Source of the DNA: Gemmatimonadota bacterium
GTDB taxonomy: Bacteria; Gemmatimonadota; Gemmatimonadetes; Gemmatimonadales; GWC2-71-9
Assembly: GCA_039586365.1 (NCBI GenBank)
Contig: JBDHKN010000063.1
Span: 1-40,050 of the forward strand
Direction of reading: 5' to 3'
DNA length: 40,050 bases
Shown: piece by piece, positions 8,923 through 18,026 of the stretch
How positions within the stretch are numbered: position 1 is the first letter of the stretch
How the letters are laid out: every line of letters begins with the position of its first letter
The notes under the pieces: generated by a model
Database searches by the model: none
Told to the model about the DNA's origin: nothing
The model's input: only the letters and a program-made list of their open reading frames with translations
Translations under genes and position numbers: made by a program

Positions 8923-9806
8923 TGGCTGAATGTACCTCGATCGAGCATGAGTTGATCGAGGGCAGCCGGATCCTCGATGAAGCCGGGATCCCCCGTGCAA
9001 GTCGGGAAGCGTCAAGGATTTGGGCGGGTTTGACAGGGGTGGCCGTGGGCGCGGTCTGGCTCAACCGTGCGACCGCGGTGACCGATGACCAAGTGGGTCG
9101 GTTCCGCGCGGCGATACAGCGGAGGGCCGATGGCGAGCCCCTGGCCTACGTAGTTGGGGTGGCCGGATTCAGGTACCTCGATGTTTTGGTGGATCGTCGG
9201 GTGCTGATACCGCGGCCCGAGACCGAGGGATTGGTGGACCGCGTGCTACGCTGGGGAGCCTCCAGGGATGAGGGCGGTGCCGTTGGGGTGGGCTGGGGAA
9301 CGGCGGCTGACGTCGGTACGGGAAGCGGGTGCATTGCGTTGAGTCTTGCTTCCGAGGGCAACTTTACCCGGATTATAGCGACTGACATCGCTCCCGGTGC
9401 GCTCGAGGTTGCTGCCGCCAACCTCGCGGCGACGGCGCCGGGAACGCCCGTTCAATTCCGCTTGGGGTCCCTGCTAGAGCCTCTGCAGTGCATGACGTTG
9501 GACGCCTTGGTGTCGAACCCACCCTACCTGACGCCACGAGAGCACCGGGCACTCGAGATTGGTGTGAGGGATTTCGAGCCGGTTGAATCTCTGGTTGGCG
9601 GGAAGAACGGCATGATGCACACGGAGGTGTTGGTCAAAGATTCGGCTAGGCTGCTCGTCCCGGGCGGCCTACTGGCCATTGAAGTAGATTCAAGCCGGGC
9701 GGATGAGGCGCTCAGCCTAGCGCGGGAAGCGGGTTGGCTGGATGCCCGCATCGAGCTGGATCTCTTTGGAAACCCTCGCTATCTCCTCGCAATCAAGGAG
9801 TCGTAA
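8922..9806 (+). CDS. prmC: Release factor glutamine methyltransferase
   Basis: LIPRPETE, DVGTGSGCIA, SNPPY; directly follows prfA (TGATG overlap). Confidence 0.96.
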   Translation: MAECTSIEHELIEGSRILDEAGIPRASREASRIWAGLTGVAVGAVWLNRATAVTDDQVGRFRAAIQRRADGEPLAYVVGVAGFRYLDVLVDRRVLIPRPETEGLVDRVLRWGASRDEGGAVGVGWGTAADVGTGSGCIALSLASEGNFTRIIATDIAPGALEVAAANLAATAPGTPVQFRLGSLLEPLQCMTLDALVSNPPYLTPREHRALEIGVRDFEPVESLVGGKNGMMHTEVLVKDSARLLVPGGLLAIEVDSSRADEALSLAREAGWLDARIELDLFGNPRYLLAIKES

Positions 9807-10160
9807 GTGATCAACGAGAAAGCTCTGGAGCTCGGCCGTTTGATCGGGCAAACTGAAGATCATAAGGCGCTGAAGCGAGCGCGAGAGGCGCTCGACGAGG
9901 CTTCCGAAGTCCGGGCGCAAATGCAGCGGATCGAGGTGCTCTCTGAGCGGATCGAGCAACAGGTGAGAGAGCAGAAGGACCCGCCGAAAGAGCTGACTGA
10001 TGAATACGAGCAGCTACTTGCCAGTATCCAGGCGCATCCGCGCTATCAGCAAGTGGTAGCAGCGCAGGCGAATTTCGAGAAACTGATGCTGAAGGTCAAC
10101 GAGCATATTGTGGAAGGGATGAAGCAGGGAGCTGAGAGCCCGATCATCATTCCCGGCTGA
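9807..10160 (+). CDS. YlbF/YmcA-like helical regulator family protein
   Basis: 117-aa all-helical protein (KALELGRLIGQTE...AQANFEKLMLKVNEHI) with the YlbF-type pattern. Confidence 0.7.
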   Translation: MINEKALELGRLIGQTEDHKALKRAREALDEASEVRAQMQRIEVLSERIEQQVREQKDPPKELTDEYEQLLASIQAHPRYQQVVAAQANFEKLMLKVNEHIVEGMKQGAESPIIIPG

Positions 10161-10169
10161 TCGCAGCGG

Positions 10170-10766
10170 ATGGCGGGCTCGTTCATCGTTGTCGAGGGAG
10201 CCGACGGGGTAGGAAAGACCACCCTAGCCAGCCGTCTGGCCGCTAGGCTGCGGCAAGAGGGATTGGATGTAATCGAGGTTCGCGAGCCCGGTGGTACACC
10301 CGTGGCTGAGCTTGCTAGAGCGGCTGTGCTGGACCCGGGATTGGACCCTAGCCCGGTGGCCGAACTCTTCCTCATCCTGGCTGCACGGGCCGATCTGGTT
10401 TCAAGGACTATCCAACCGGCCCTCGCGGCAGGCCGCATCGTTGTCGGTGATCGGTACGATCTCTCGACACGTGCCTACCAAATTGCTGGTCGTGGGCTTC
10501 CCGATGAAGCAGTGACTGTCGCCAACAATCTGGCGACCGGTGGGTTGGTTCCAGACTTGACCCTGGTGCTCGATGCGCCGGGAGCGGTTCTGTCCGCGCG
10601 GCAGGTGAGTCAAGGGAAGCAGCCCGATCGGATCGAGAACGCCGCTAGGGACGTTCAGCAGCGCATCGTTCACGCTTTCCACGAGGCGTGGGGACCTGGC
10701 GTTGTTCACATTGATGCAACTGGATCCCCAGACCAGGTGGAGCGAGCGGCGTGGGACCACGTCTGA
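10170..10766 (+). CDS. tmk: Thymidylate kinase
   Basis: FIVVEGADGVGKTT, REPGGT, DRY..S..AYQ, PDLTLVLD. Confidence 0.95.
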   Translation: MAGSFIVVEGADGVGKTTLASRLAARLRQEGLDVIEVREPGGTPVAELARAAVLDPGLDPSPVAELFLILAARADLVSRTIQPALAAGRIVVGDRYDLSTRAYQIAGRGLPDEAVTVANNLATGGLVPDLTLVLDAPGAVLSARQVSQGKQPDRIENAARDVQQRIVHAFHEAWGPGVVHIDATGSPDQVERAAWDHV

Positions 10767-10801
10767 TTGTTCACGATCTCCTCGTCTTCCGGAGGTAGTC
10801 G

Positions 10802-12451
10802 ATGAAGGTACAGCGTGCCGTCGTGCTCGCGCTGGTGGGTGTGGTGTCCTTTGCCTCGGGCGGCTGGTTGCTCCAGCGTGGCGTGCAGCAGTCCGGTGGC
10901 GTGTATGAGAAAGCTCGTCTGTTCGAGGATATCCTTGCTCACGTCGCCAAACACTCGGTCGATTCACTCGACGAAGTACAGCTCTACCAGATGGCGATTG
11001 ACGGTCTGATCGAGCAGCTCGACGACCCATACGCCAACTATCTCGGACCTGATGACGTCGCGGATCTGCGGGAACGCACCAGGGGGACGTATGGCGGCTT
11101 GGGAATGCAAATCGATGTCCGGGATGGCTGGATCACCGTGATAGCTCCAATGGCCGAGACACCGGCGGAAGCAGCGGGGATCGAATCGGGAGATCGCATC
11201 ATCGAGGTCGATGGCGAGTCGACATATGGCTGGAAGAGCGAAAAGGCCGTCATCGAATTGCGCGGTGAACCGGGTTCGGAAGTGCTAATCAAGATATCTC
11301 GCCCAGGAGTTCCGGAGCCCTTTGAGTTCAACCTCACACGGGCAACCGTACTGATTAGGTCAGTCCAGGCAGCGATGATGCTTACCCCAGAAATCGGCTA
11401 CTTGTCCCTGGCATACTCGACAATCGGAGAGACTGTCGTCGAAGAAGTGAAACGGAACACTACGGAGTTGATAGATCGCGGAGCTCAGTCGGTCGTGCTA
11501 GACCTGCGCGACAATCCAGGCGGAGTCCTGGATGATGGAGTTGAGTTGACGGATCTGTTCCTGGATCCCGGCTTGGTGGTTGTTGACACGCGGGGACGGG
11601 ATGCTCAAGCCGGCAGGACATATAGCACTCGTACGAGTCAGGAATGGCCTGACGTTCCGTTCGTGGTGTTGGTGAACGGCGGGACGGCCAGCGCTGCTGA
11701 GATCCTGGCTGGAGCGCTGCAGGACCACGATCGGGCCATCATTCTTGGCACGCCCACGTTCGGCAAAGGGTTGGTGCAGACAGTATTCCCTCTCAGTCCG
11801 ACCGAGGCTTTCCAGCTGACGACAGGACACTGGTACACACCGAGCGGACGTAGCATCCAGCGACCCATCCGAAGGATCGATGGTGTGCTGAGGATCGTTG
11901 GTGGTTTCGAAGAGGAGCGGGCGGATCTATCGGGTGACACGACGGCGGTCGATTCGAGCGCCGTGTTCTACACTGACGCTGGGCGAGCCGTGATCGGTGG
12001 CGGTGGCATCAGGCCCGACATCACGGTACGGATCGACACGTTGACCGACGGAGAGCGGGCCTTCACGCTGGCCATCGGGTCACGGATTCCTCTGTACCGC
12101 GACGTGTTGACCACGTATGCCTTGGACGTGAAAGCGGGCGATCGAATCTCCCAGCCTGATTTCACAGTGACACCGGCGATGCGTGCCGAACTGGTTCGCC
12201 GTCTGACCGACCGAGGTGTGGAGTTGACGGGTGCAGTGGTGGTTGGTGCGCGCTCTCTGTTGGATGAGCAGATTTCCTACGAGATAGCACGTTACGTGTT
12301 CGGACGGGAAGAGGAGACGAAGCGGCGTATCCGGGCCGACGCCCAGGTTGGTGAGGCACTGACGTTGCTTCGTGGTGTGGGTACGACTGAGGAACTGTTC
12401 GCTCGCGCCTCCGAGAGGACCGCATCTCAGCGTCGGGCCGACGCTCGGTGA
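10802..12451 (+). CDS. S41 family C-terminal processing peptidase with PDZ domain
   Basis: LDDPY, GLGMQI PDZ, DLRDNPGG, TASAAEI (catalytic Ser), TFGKG (catalytic Lys); GGAGGT RBS. Confidence 0.95.
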   Translation: MKVQRAVVLALVGVVSFASGGWLLQRGVQQSGGVYEKARLFEDILAHVAKHSVDSLDEVQLYQMAIDGLIEQLDDPYANYLGPDDVADLRERTRGTYGGLGMQIDVRDGWITVIAPMAETPAEAAGIESGDRIIEVDGESTYGWKSEKAVIELRGEPGSEVLIKISRPGVPEPFEFNLTRATVLIRSVQAAMMLTPEIGYLSLAYSTIGETVVEEVKRNTTELIDRGAQSVVLDLRDNPGGVLDDGVELTDLFLDPGLVVVDTRGRDAQAGRTYSTRTSQEWPDVPFVVLVNGGTASAAEILAGALQDHDRAIILGTPTFGKGLVQTVFPLSPTEAFQLTTGHWYTPSGRSIQRPIRRIDGVLRIVGGFEEERADLSGDTTAVDSSAVFYTDAGRAVIGGGGIRPDITVRIDTLTDGERAFTLAIGSRIPLYRDVLTTYALDVKAGDRISQPDFTVTPAMRAELVRRLTDRGVELTGAVVVGARSLLDEQISYEIARYVFGREEETKRRIRADAQVGEALTLLRGVGTTEELFARASERTASQRRADAR

Positions 12452-13332
12452 ACAGGGTCGGGATAGTTGGCACAGGCCGAGCCGGTGTGGGGCTCGGTCT
12501 GGCTTTGGCGCAGGCCGGCTTCGGCGTGCGACTACATGGTCGCAACAAGCATGATCTTCCCAAGCCGCTCGAGTCTTCTTGGGGGGAAACCCCCTCATGG
12601 ATCAGCGAAATCGACGTGCTCTTGCTGGCGGTGCCAGACGGTGCTGTCTCGAGTGTTGCTCGATCGCTAGCTGAGACGGGGAGACTGAGAGAGGGCCAGG
12701 TCGTGCTGCACCTGTCGGGGCTGCTGGACGCGGGAGCCCTGGAGCCAGCTCGCAGGGTTGGCTGCGCCGTGGGTTCAATGCATCCTCTGCAATCGCTCAG
12801 CACGCCGCTGGCGGTGCCAGAATCACTCAAAGGTGCTACGGCCGCCATTGAGGGTGATGCGCCTGCCGTGGCAGCAGCCGAAAGATTGGCCCGGGCGTTA
12901 GGGCTGCGCCCGATTAGGCTCTCGCCCGGGGCCAAGCCGCTCTATCACGCAGCTGCCGTATTCGGTTCCAACTATATCGTTGTGCTTGCTGCTGCGGCTC
13001 AGAGGCTGTTTGAGCTTGCAGGGCTGTCGCGGGACGAAGCGCTGCGGGCCCTGCGGGTGCTGTTGCAGGGAACCGTCGCCAACATCGCACGGCAGGATCC
13101 CCAAGCAGCACTGACCGGCCCCGTGGCGCGCGGCGATATTGCCACCATCCAATGCCACCTCGCGGCATTACCTGCCGAGGAAGCACAGCTGTACTGCGCG
13201 CTCGCCACAGCAGCCCTTGAATTGACCACGATCACATCTGATGACCGTCAGGCCATAGAGTCTGAGTTGGAGAGCTACCGAGAACCAGTCAGGGGGTCAC
13301 GACTCGGACACCAGCCGGAACGGCAAAGCTGA
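12448..13332 (+). CDS. Rossmann-like + DUF2520 oxidoreductase (PanG-like ketopantoate reductase candidate)
   Basis: GIVGTGRAG, LLAVPD, HLSG, MHPLQS, YHAAAV..SN, ALTGPVARGD. Confidence 0.88.
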   Translation: MNRVGIVGTGRAGVGLGLALAQAGFGVRLHGRNKHDLPKPLESSWGETPSWISEIDVLLLAVPDGAVSSVARSLAETGRLREGQVVLHLSGLLDAGALEPARRVGCAVGSMHPLQSLSTPLAVPESLKGATAAIEGDAPAVAAAERLARALGLRPIRLSPGAKPLYHAAAVFGSNYIVVLAAAAQRLFELAGLSRDEALRALRVLLQGTVANIARQDPQAALTGPVARGDIATIQCHLAALPAEEAQLYCALATAALELTTITSDDRQAIESELESYREPVRGSRLGHQPERQS

Positions 13333-13933
13333 GTTCCGCTTCAGCAATCTGCAGTCCGGTCCTCACCCGGTCGAAAACCAGAGTCCGCTTTTGACCTGAT
13401 CGCTCCCGAACCATCAGTCGCAGGAGAAGGCCAGTCGACCGGGCTACCGCGATCTCGGCAGCACGGAACGGCACGTCGTCGCGTCGCGGAGTCAGGGAAA
13501 CGACGTCGACCAGTTCCCCGTGCAGAGAGTCCGTGCCGACGTACGAGGCACGGTAGTGCTCGAGGGGATGGATCACGAACTGGGACAGGAGGTTTGGTGT
13601 GGCCGCGCCCCGGTTCGGGATTGGTTGCCTGATCACCTGGTCCGGAATGGAGCTGGGCGTGTAAGCCCAAAGCCACGCCCCATCGGCCACAATTCGATCG
13701 CCCTCTGGTTGACTGAACCGCATAGCAAACCGGCTGGGCGGCGCCAAGTACAGAGTGCCTTGGGTTACCTCAGGTCCTCCCAGCATCGGATTCACGATTG
13801 TCTGGGTGAACTCGGCCTGTAGCGTCTCGAGCCTGCTATAGGTGTCCTCTGCGCGACCCAGAGCCGACATCGCATCCTGCGCGGTAACCGGAGAGGCCAG
13901 CAGCCCAACAAACACGACCGCTTCGTACCTCAC
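13289..13933 (-). CDS. lolA: Outer-membrane lipoprotein carrier protein LolA family
   Basis: Signal peptide; TLQAEFTQ, GTLYLAPPSRF, IVADGAWLWAYTP, F.VPAGVRVV. Confidence 0.85.
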   Translation of the reverse strand: MRYEAVVFVGLLASPVTAQDAMSALGRAEDTYSRLETLQAEFTQTIVNPMLGGPEVTQGTLYLAPPSRFAMRFSQPEGDRIVADGAWLWAYTPSSIPDQVIRQPIPNRGAATPNLLSQFVIHPLEHYRASYVGTDSLHGELVDVVSLTPRRDDVPFRAAEIAVARSTGLLLRLMVRERSGQKRTLVFDRVRTGLQIAEAELSFAVPAGVRVVTP

Positions 13934-14976
13934 GCGCTCACCAGTCCGGTCGGGGGATCGGCGATCCGCCGACCAATGGCCGCGGCGATTTGCTTCGCCT
14001 GACGCATGAGATCAGCGAACTGTGCGGGGTCGAGGCTCTGCGCTCCGTCGGACAATGCAGTGTCAGGGGACGGATGCACTTCGACCATGATGCCGTCTGC
14101 TCCCGCAGCCACGGCTGCCCTGGCCATGGGGATCACTTTGTTGCGGATCCCGGTAGCGTGACTGGGGTCTGCGATGATCGGTAGGTGTGTCAATGAATGC
14201 GCCAGCGGTATGGCCGTGAGGTCGAAGACATTTCTGGTTATCGTGTCAAAGCCACGGATACCCCGCTCGCACAAGATCACTTGTTCGTTTCCCCCAGCCA
14301 ACAGATACTCGGCGGATAGCAGCAGCTCGGTGACAGTTGCCGCTATCCCGCGCTTCAGCAACACTGGCTTTCCAGCCTGCGCCGCACGCTTCAGCAACGA
14401 GAAGTTCTGCATGTTGCGGGCACCAATCTGGATGATGTCGGCGTAATCCGATACTAGATCTACCCCGTCAGGATCGATAGCCTCCGTCACGACCAACAGA
14501 CCGGTTTCTTCCCGCGCCTTTGCCAGGAATCGCAAGCCCTCAACACCGAGGCCCTGGAACGAGTACGGCGACGTGCGCGGCTTGAAGGCACCGCCCCTGA
14601 GCACTGCTGCCCCGGCTGCGCGCACCTGGCGTGCCGCCTCGAGGATCTGGCCCTCGGACTCCACGGCACAAGGACCGGCAATGACTACCACTTCCTTGCC
14701 ACCGATGGAAAGTCCGCCCGCAAGCGGCACGACCGTTGGTTCTTCCTGCCACTCCCGTGAGACCTGTTTGTATGGCTGGGTTACGTGGATGATTTCCTTG
14801 ACACCGGGCAGTGCGGCCAGTCTAGAGCTGTCAACGCATCCGTCATTGCCGACCAAACCCACGGCGGTGCGTTGTTTGCCCGGCATGGGCCGGGCCTGGT
14901 AACCGAGTGATTCGATTCTCTCAACAACGTGCCGAATCTGCTCGGGACTGGCACCGTGCTCCATTACGACAAGCAT
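13930..14976 (-). CDS. aroF: DAHP synthase type I-beta with N-terminal ACT domain
   Basis: IAGPCAVE, RGGAFKPRTSPYSFQG, QIGARNMQN, DPSH, SDGAQSL. Confidence 0.96.
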   Translation of the reverse strand: MLVVMEHGASPEQIRHVVERIESLGYQARPMPGKQRTAVGLVGNDGCVDSSRLAALPGVKEIIHVTQPYKQVSREWQEEPTVVPLAGGLSIGGKEVVVIAGPCAVESEGQILEAARQVRAAGAAVLRGGAFKPRTSPYSFQGLGVEGLRFLAKAREETGLLVVTEAIDPDGVDLVSDYADIIQIGARNMQNFSLLKRAAQAGKPVLLKRGIAATVTELLLSAEYLLAGGNEQVILCERGIRGFDTITRNVFDLTAIPLAHSLTHLPIIADPSHATGIRNKVIPMARAAVAAGADGIMVEVHPSPDTALSDGAQSLDPAQFADLMRQAKQIAAAIGRRIADPPTGLVSA

Positions 14977-14980
14977 CGTC

Positions 14981-15751
14981 CTACGCCTTCTTCCTTATCC
15001 GGAATCGATCCCCGTCGCTGGCTCGGGTCACAGAGCCGCCGAATGCTTCAGCGGCGATCTCCGCAGGATCGGAGTCTCCAAACACCGGATAGAAATGTGT
15101 CAGTATCAACTGCCCCGCTTTCGCCGCGCGCGCCATCTGGCCGGCGCGCGAGGGCGTTAAATGTACGTCGATGGCTCGGTGATCTGGTAGCGAGCACTCC
15201 GCCAACAGTAGATCACACCCCTCGGCCCAGCGGGCCAGACTCTCGTCGGGTCCCGTATCGCCCGTATACACCAAGCGCGCTTCTGTATCCCGTACAGCGT
15301 ACGCGACGCTGTGTTCCGTATGCACGGTCTTATGTGCTTCCAGAACCACCCCGTGGGACAACTCGATCGTCCCCTCGGGAGCGATCTCCCTGACTGCGAC
15401 CGGATAGCCGGGATCGAGTACCCAATCTCCCAATGCCCCGGCCATCAGTCTGAGGCGGGTGTGGAATCCCGACGGACCAATCAGCGTGATGGGTGCTGTA
15501 CGAGGCGGTTCGATCCCCCACCTGAGAGCAAACAGGAATGCGGGGAGTTCTCCCCAGTGGTCCACATGAAAATGAGAGATTGCTACGTGGGTCGCTTCCG
15601 ACCAGGGGATTCCCAGCGCGGCCGCGCGGTGGAGGGTGCCTGCGCCGCATTCCAGCAGCAGCTTAGTGTTTCCCGCCGTGATCCAGTAGGCTGGAGCGGT
15701 GCGTTCCGGCGACGGAGCCACGCTGCCGCTGCCCAATATCACCAGCTCCAT
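14981..15751 (-). CDS. MBL-fold hydrolase, RNase Z-like
   Basis: LGSGS, HFHVDH, YTGDT, HLTP, LTHFYP. Confidence 0.85.
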   Translation of the reverse strand: MELVILGSGSVAPSPERTAPAYWITAGNTKLLLECGAGTLHRAAALGIPWSEATHVAISHFHVDHWGELPAFLFALRWGIEPPRTAPITLIGPSGFHTRLRLMAGALGDWVLDPGYPVAVREIAPEGTIELSHGVVLEAHKTVHTEHSVAYAVRDTEARLVYTGDTGPDESLARWAEGCDLLLAECSLPDHRAIDVHLTPSRAGQMARAAKAGQLILTHFYPVFGDSDPAEIAAEAFGGSVTRASDGDRFRIRKKA

Positions 15752-15752
15752 G

Positions 15753-18026
15753 TCAGAAGCGCTCTCCCAAGTAGACGACCCGCTTCATGAACGTACCGTC
15801 TGGGGTCTTCAAACGTATGACATAGATCCCTCGCGGTACCCGTTCTCCGTTTGCTGCAGTCCCATCCCACTGGAGTGTTGGGTCGCAACTGCCGGGCCCA
15901 CCTGATTCACCGCGACCATAGCGGCCCGGCTGGAGAGTGCGCGGGAAGCGCGTCCCAGGCACCACGTTGCGCACCACATGTCCTCGTACGTCGAGGATAT
16001 CGAGAACCACTTCGCCTTCATGAGCCAGATCGAACCAGATACAGGTTGATGATATTCCTATGGCCTCATTGGGGAACGGATTGGGGAAGTTCTGAAACAA
16101 CAACGTCGCGGTCGGCATTGACTCGTCGACTATGAGAAACGTGCTCCGACTCTCGATCACCGCACTGTCAGCACCCAGCCGCGCGATCAACTGCCAGCGG
16201 TAGGCGGTGTTGAGATCGAGGTCTCGCACCGGAGTATACTGTGTCTCAGTGAGTCCGCGGATTTGGTCCGCCGCGAGGCCGTTGTCCACGCGCAGAACGG
16301 CCAAGTCGTAAGTAAACGGACCTGGTGGACTGGTGACTTCCGGGGATGTCCAGGCGAATGTCGGTCGCCGCTCTCGAGTGGTGACTCCTGCCTGATCGTT
16401 GAATGTGAGGAGAGTGGCCCACTCGGGGACTACGTAGTCTGCTTGCGGTCTGATGAGCAGTGTTGTCGAGTCGGCGCTCGTGGCCCCGAGTTCAAAGCGC
16501 AGTCTCTGACCGGGGGGCAATGCCGAATCGAGTTGCACCTCAGTGTTTGAGAGAGTCGTGTCGAGCGACAGCTCGGTGAAGGCTGAGTCGGTCGCGATGC
16601 GCAGCCGGTACGTCACGGGCTGGCCGAATGCTGGAACGTCACCCACATCCCAGGCGAACAGCGGAGTCACCGTACCCAGGAGCGTATCCGTCGGGCTCGT
16701 AACCTGCAGGCCAACCGGGAATACTGCTGCAAGGGCCGCGTCTGGGCGTCCCCACCCGACCAGCGAATCAGGTGTGTCTCGGTTCGTCCCAGCACGGCGC
16801 ATCGCGTCGAGTACGTCCATGGGTCCGAAGGTGGGATGCAGTTGACGCAGCAGTGCCGCTGTTCCGGCTATGAGCGGAGCGCTGAATGAGGTGCCGTTGA
16901 ACCTGGTGAACCCGGAGCCTGATAGAACGTCGACCGCGAACACCTGAAACCCCGGCGCCGTGAGGTCTGGCTTGAGGCGCCCATCTGCGGTGGGCCCACG
17001 CGAACTGAATGCCTGAAGCACACCGAGCGAATCCTCTGCACCCACCGCGATTACGGAGTCACCGTCTGCGGGCGTGCCAATCGAACGAAAACCCTGAGAG
17101 CCGCTGTTGCCCGCCGACGTGACCACCACGATCCCCCTGGCAGCCGCGGAGTCGGCAGCAACCGTCGTGATGGCGATATCGCCATTCAGTTGGTCGAAGG
17201 TGTATCCCGAGCCGTCGTCGAACGTGAAGTATGACAAACTGGAGGTGACGACGTCGGCACCCAGCGAGTCAGCCCACTCCAGAGCAGCCACGTAGTTGTC
17301 TTCTTCCACCCTCGTTTCCGAACGGACGTCCTCGGTCTTTGCGAGAATGTACTCTGCCTCGGTTGCGACACCGATCAGCTGATTGGGAATGCTGGCAGCC
17401 AGCAGCGACAACACCGCCGTGCCGTGTCTCGACGCGTCACTGGCATCTCCGGTCTCGTTTCGCACTGTCGAGTCACCGAAAACGAAATCGCGTTGAGCAA
17501 TGACGCTAGCTGTGGCAAATGCGGCGTGATCGGTCTCGAAACCGGTATCCAACAGCGCAATCTTGATCCCAGCGCCGCGGATCCCGCGTTCTGCCAGCGG
17601 GAGGAGATTCAGCTGACGAAATGGCATTGCGGACGGACCGTACAGCGTATCGGCTGCCGTGGCCCCGGGGGCTCTGGTCAGTGATGCAACGGGGGAGCCG
17701 ATGAATTCACGACGGCCTTGGAAGCGGGCGACCGGCTGGATATGGCGCAATCCAGGCTGCGTTCGAAGCAGCTCGAGGGTGGCTGCCGGCACCACCGCAG
17801 ATACGGCGTGCAACCAGCGACTGCGGTGTCGGATTCGTCCACCCACTTGCAGGATCAGCCGCTCAACGTCGGCCAGACCGCGTCCCGGACGAGCCATCAG
17901 CCAAACGACGAGCTGCGTCTCTTGGCGGGCCAGACGTTCGAGTGCAGGTGAAACTGTAGGCTGCTGCGCGCGTGCGGCCGCCGCGGCGGTCAGAAGAGCC
18001 GCGAGTACGGCAGCCGCATGCTTCAA
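15753..18026 (-). CDS. Secreted S8 (subtilisin-like) serine peptidase with C-terminal beta-sandwich/FlgD-like tail
   Basis: Signal peptide; triad LLDTG, HGT, GTSFSAP; KPDLTAPG; tail QNFPNPF...WDG...GIYVIRL; TTG start overlapping the smc stop. Confidence 0.9.
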   Translation of the reverse strand: MKHAAAVLAALLTAAAAARAQQPTVSPALERLARQETQLVVWLMARPGRGLADVERLILQVGGRIRHRSRWLHAVSAVVPAATLELLRTQPGLRHIQPVARFQGRREFIGSPVASLTRAPGATAADTLYGPSAMPFRQLNLLPLAERGIRGAGIKIALLDTGFETDHAAFATASVIAQRDFVFGDSTVRNETGDASDASRHGTAVLSLLAASIPNQLIGVATEAEYILAKTEDVRSETRVEEDNYVAALEWADSLGADVVTSSLSYFTFDDGSGYTFDQLNGDIAITTVAADSAAARGIVVVTSAGNSGSQGFRSIGTPADGDSVIAVGAEDSLGVLQAFSSRGPTADGRLKPDLTAPGFQVFAVDVLSGSGFTRFNGTSFSAPLIAGTAALLRQLHPTFGPMDVLDAMRRAGTNRDTPDSLVGWGRPDAALAAVFPVGLQVTSPTDTLLGTVTPLFAWDVGDVPAFGQPVTYRLRIATDSAFTELSLDTTLSNTEVQLDSALPPGQRLRFELGATSADSTTLLIRPQADYVVPEWATLLTFNDQAGVTTRERRPTFAWTSPEVTSPPGPFTYDLAVLRVDNGLAADQIRGLTETQYTPVRDLDLNTAYRWQLIARLGADSAVIESRSTFLIVDESMPTATLLFQNFPNPFPNEAIGISSTCIWFDLAHEGEVVLDILDVRGHVVRNVVPGTRFPRTLQPGRYGRGESGGPGSCDPTLQWDGTAANGERVPRGIYVIRLKTPDGTFMKRVVYLGERF

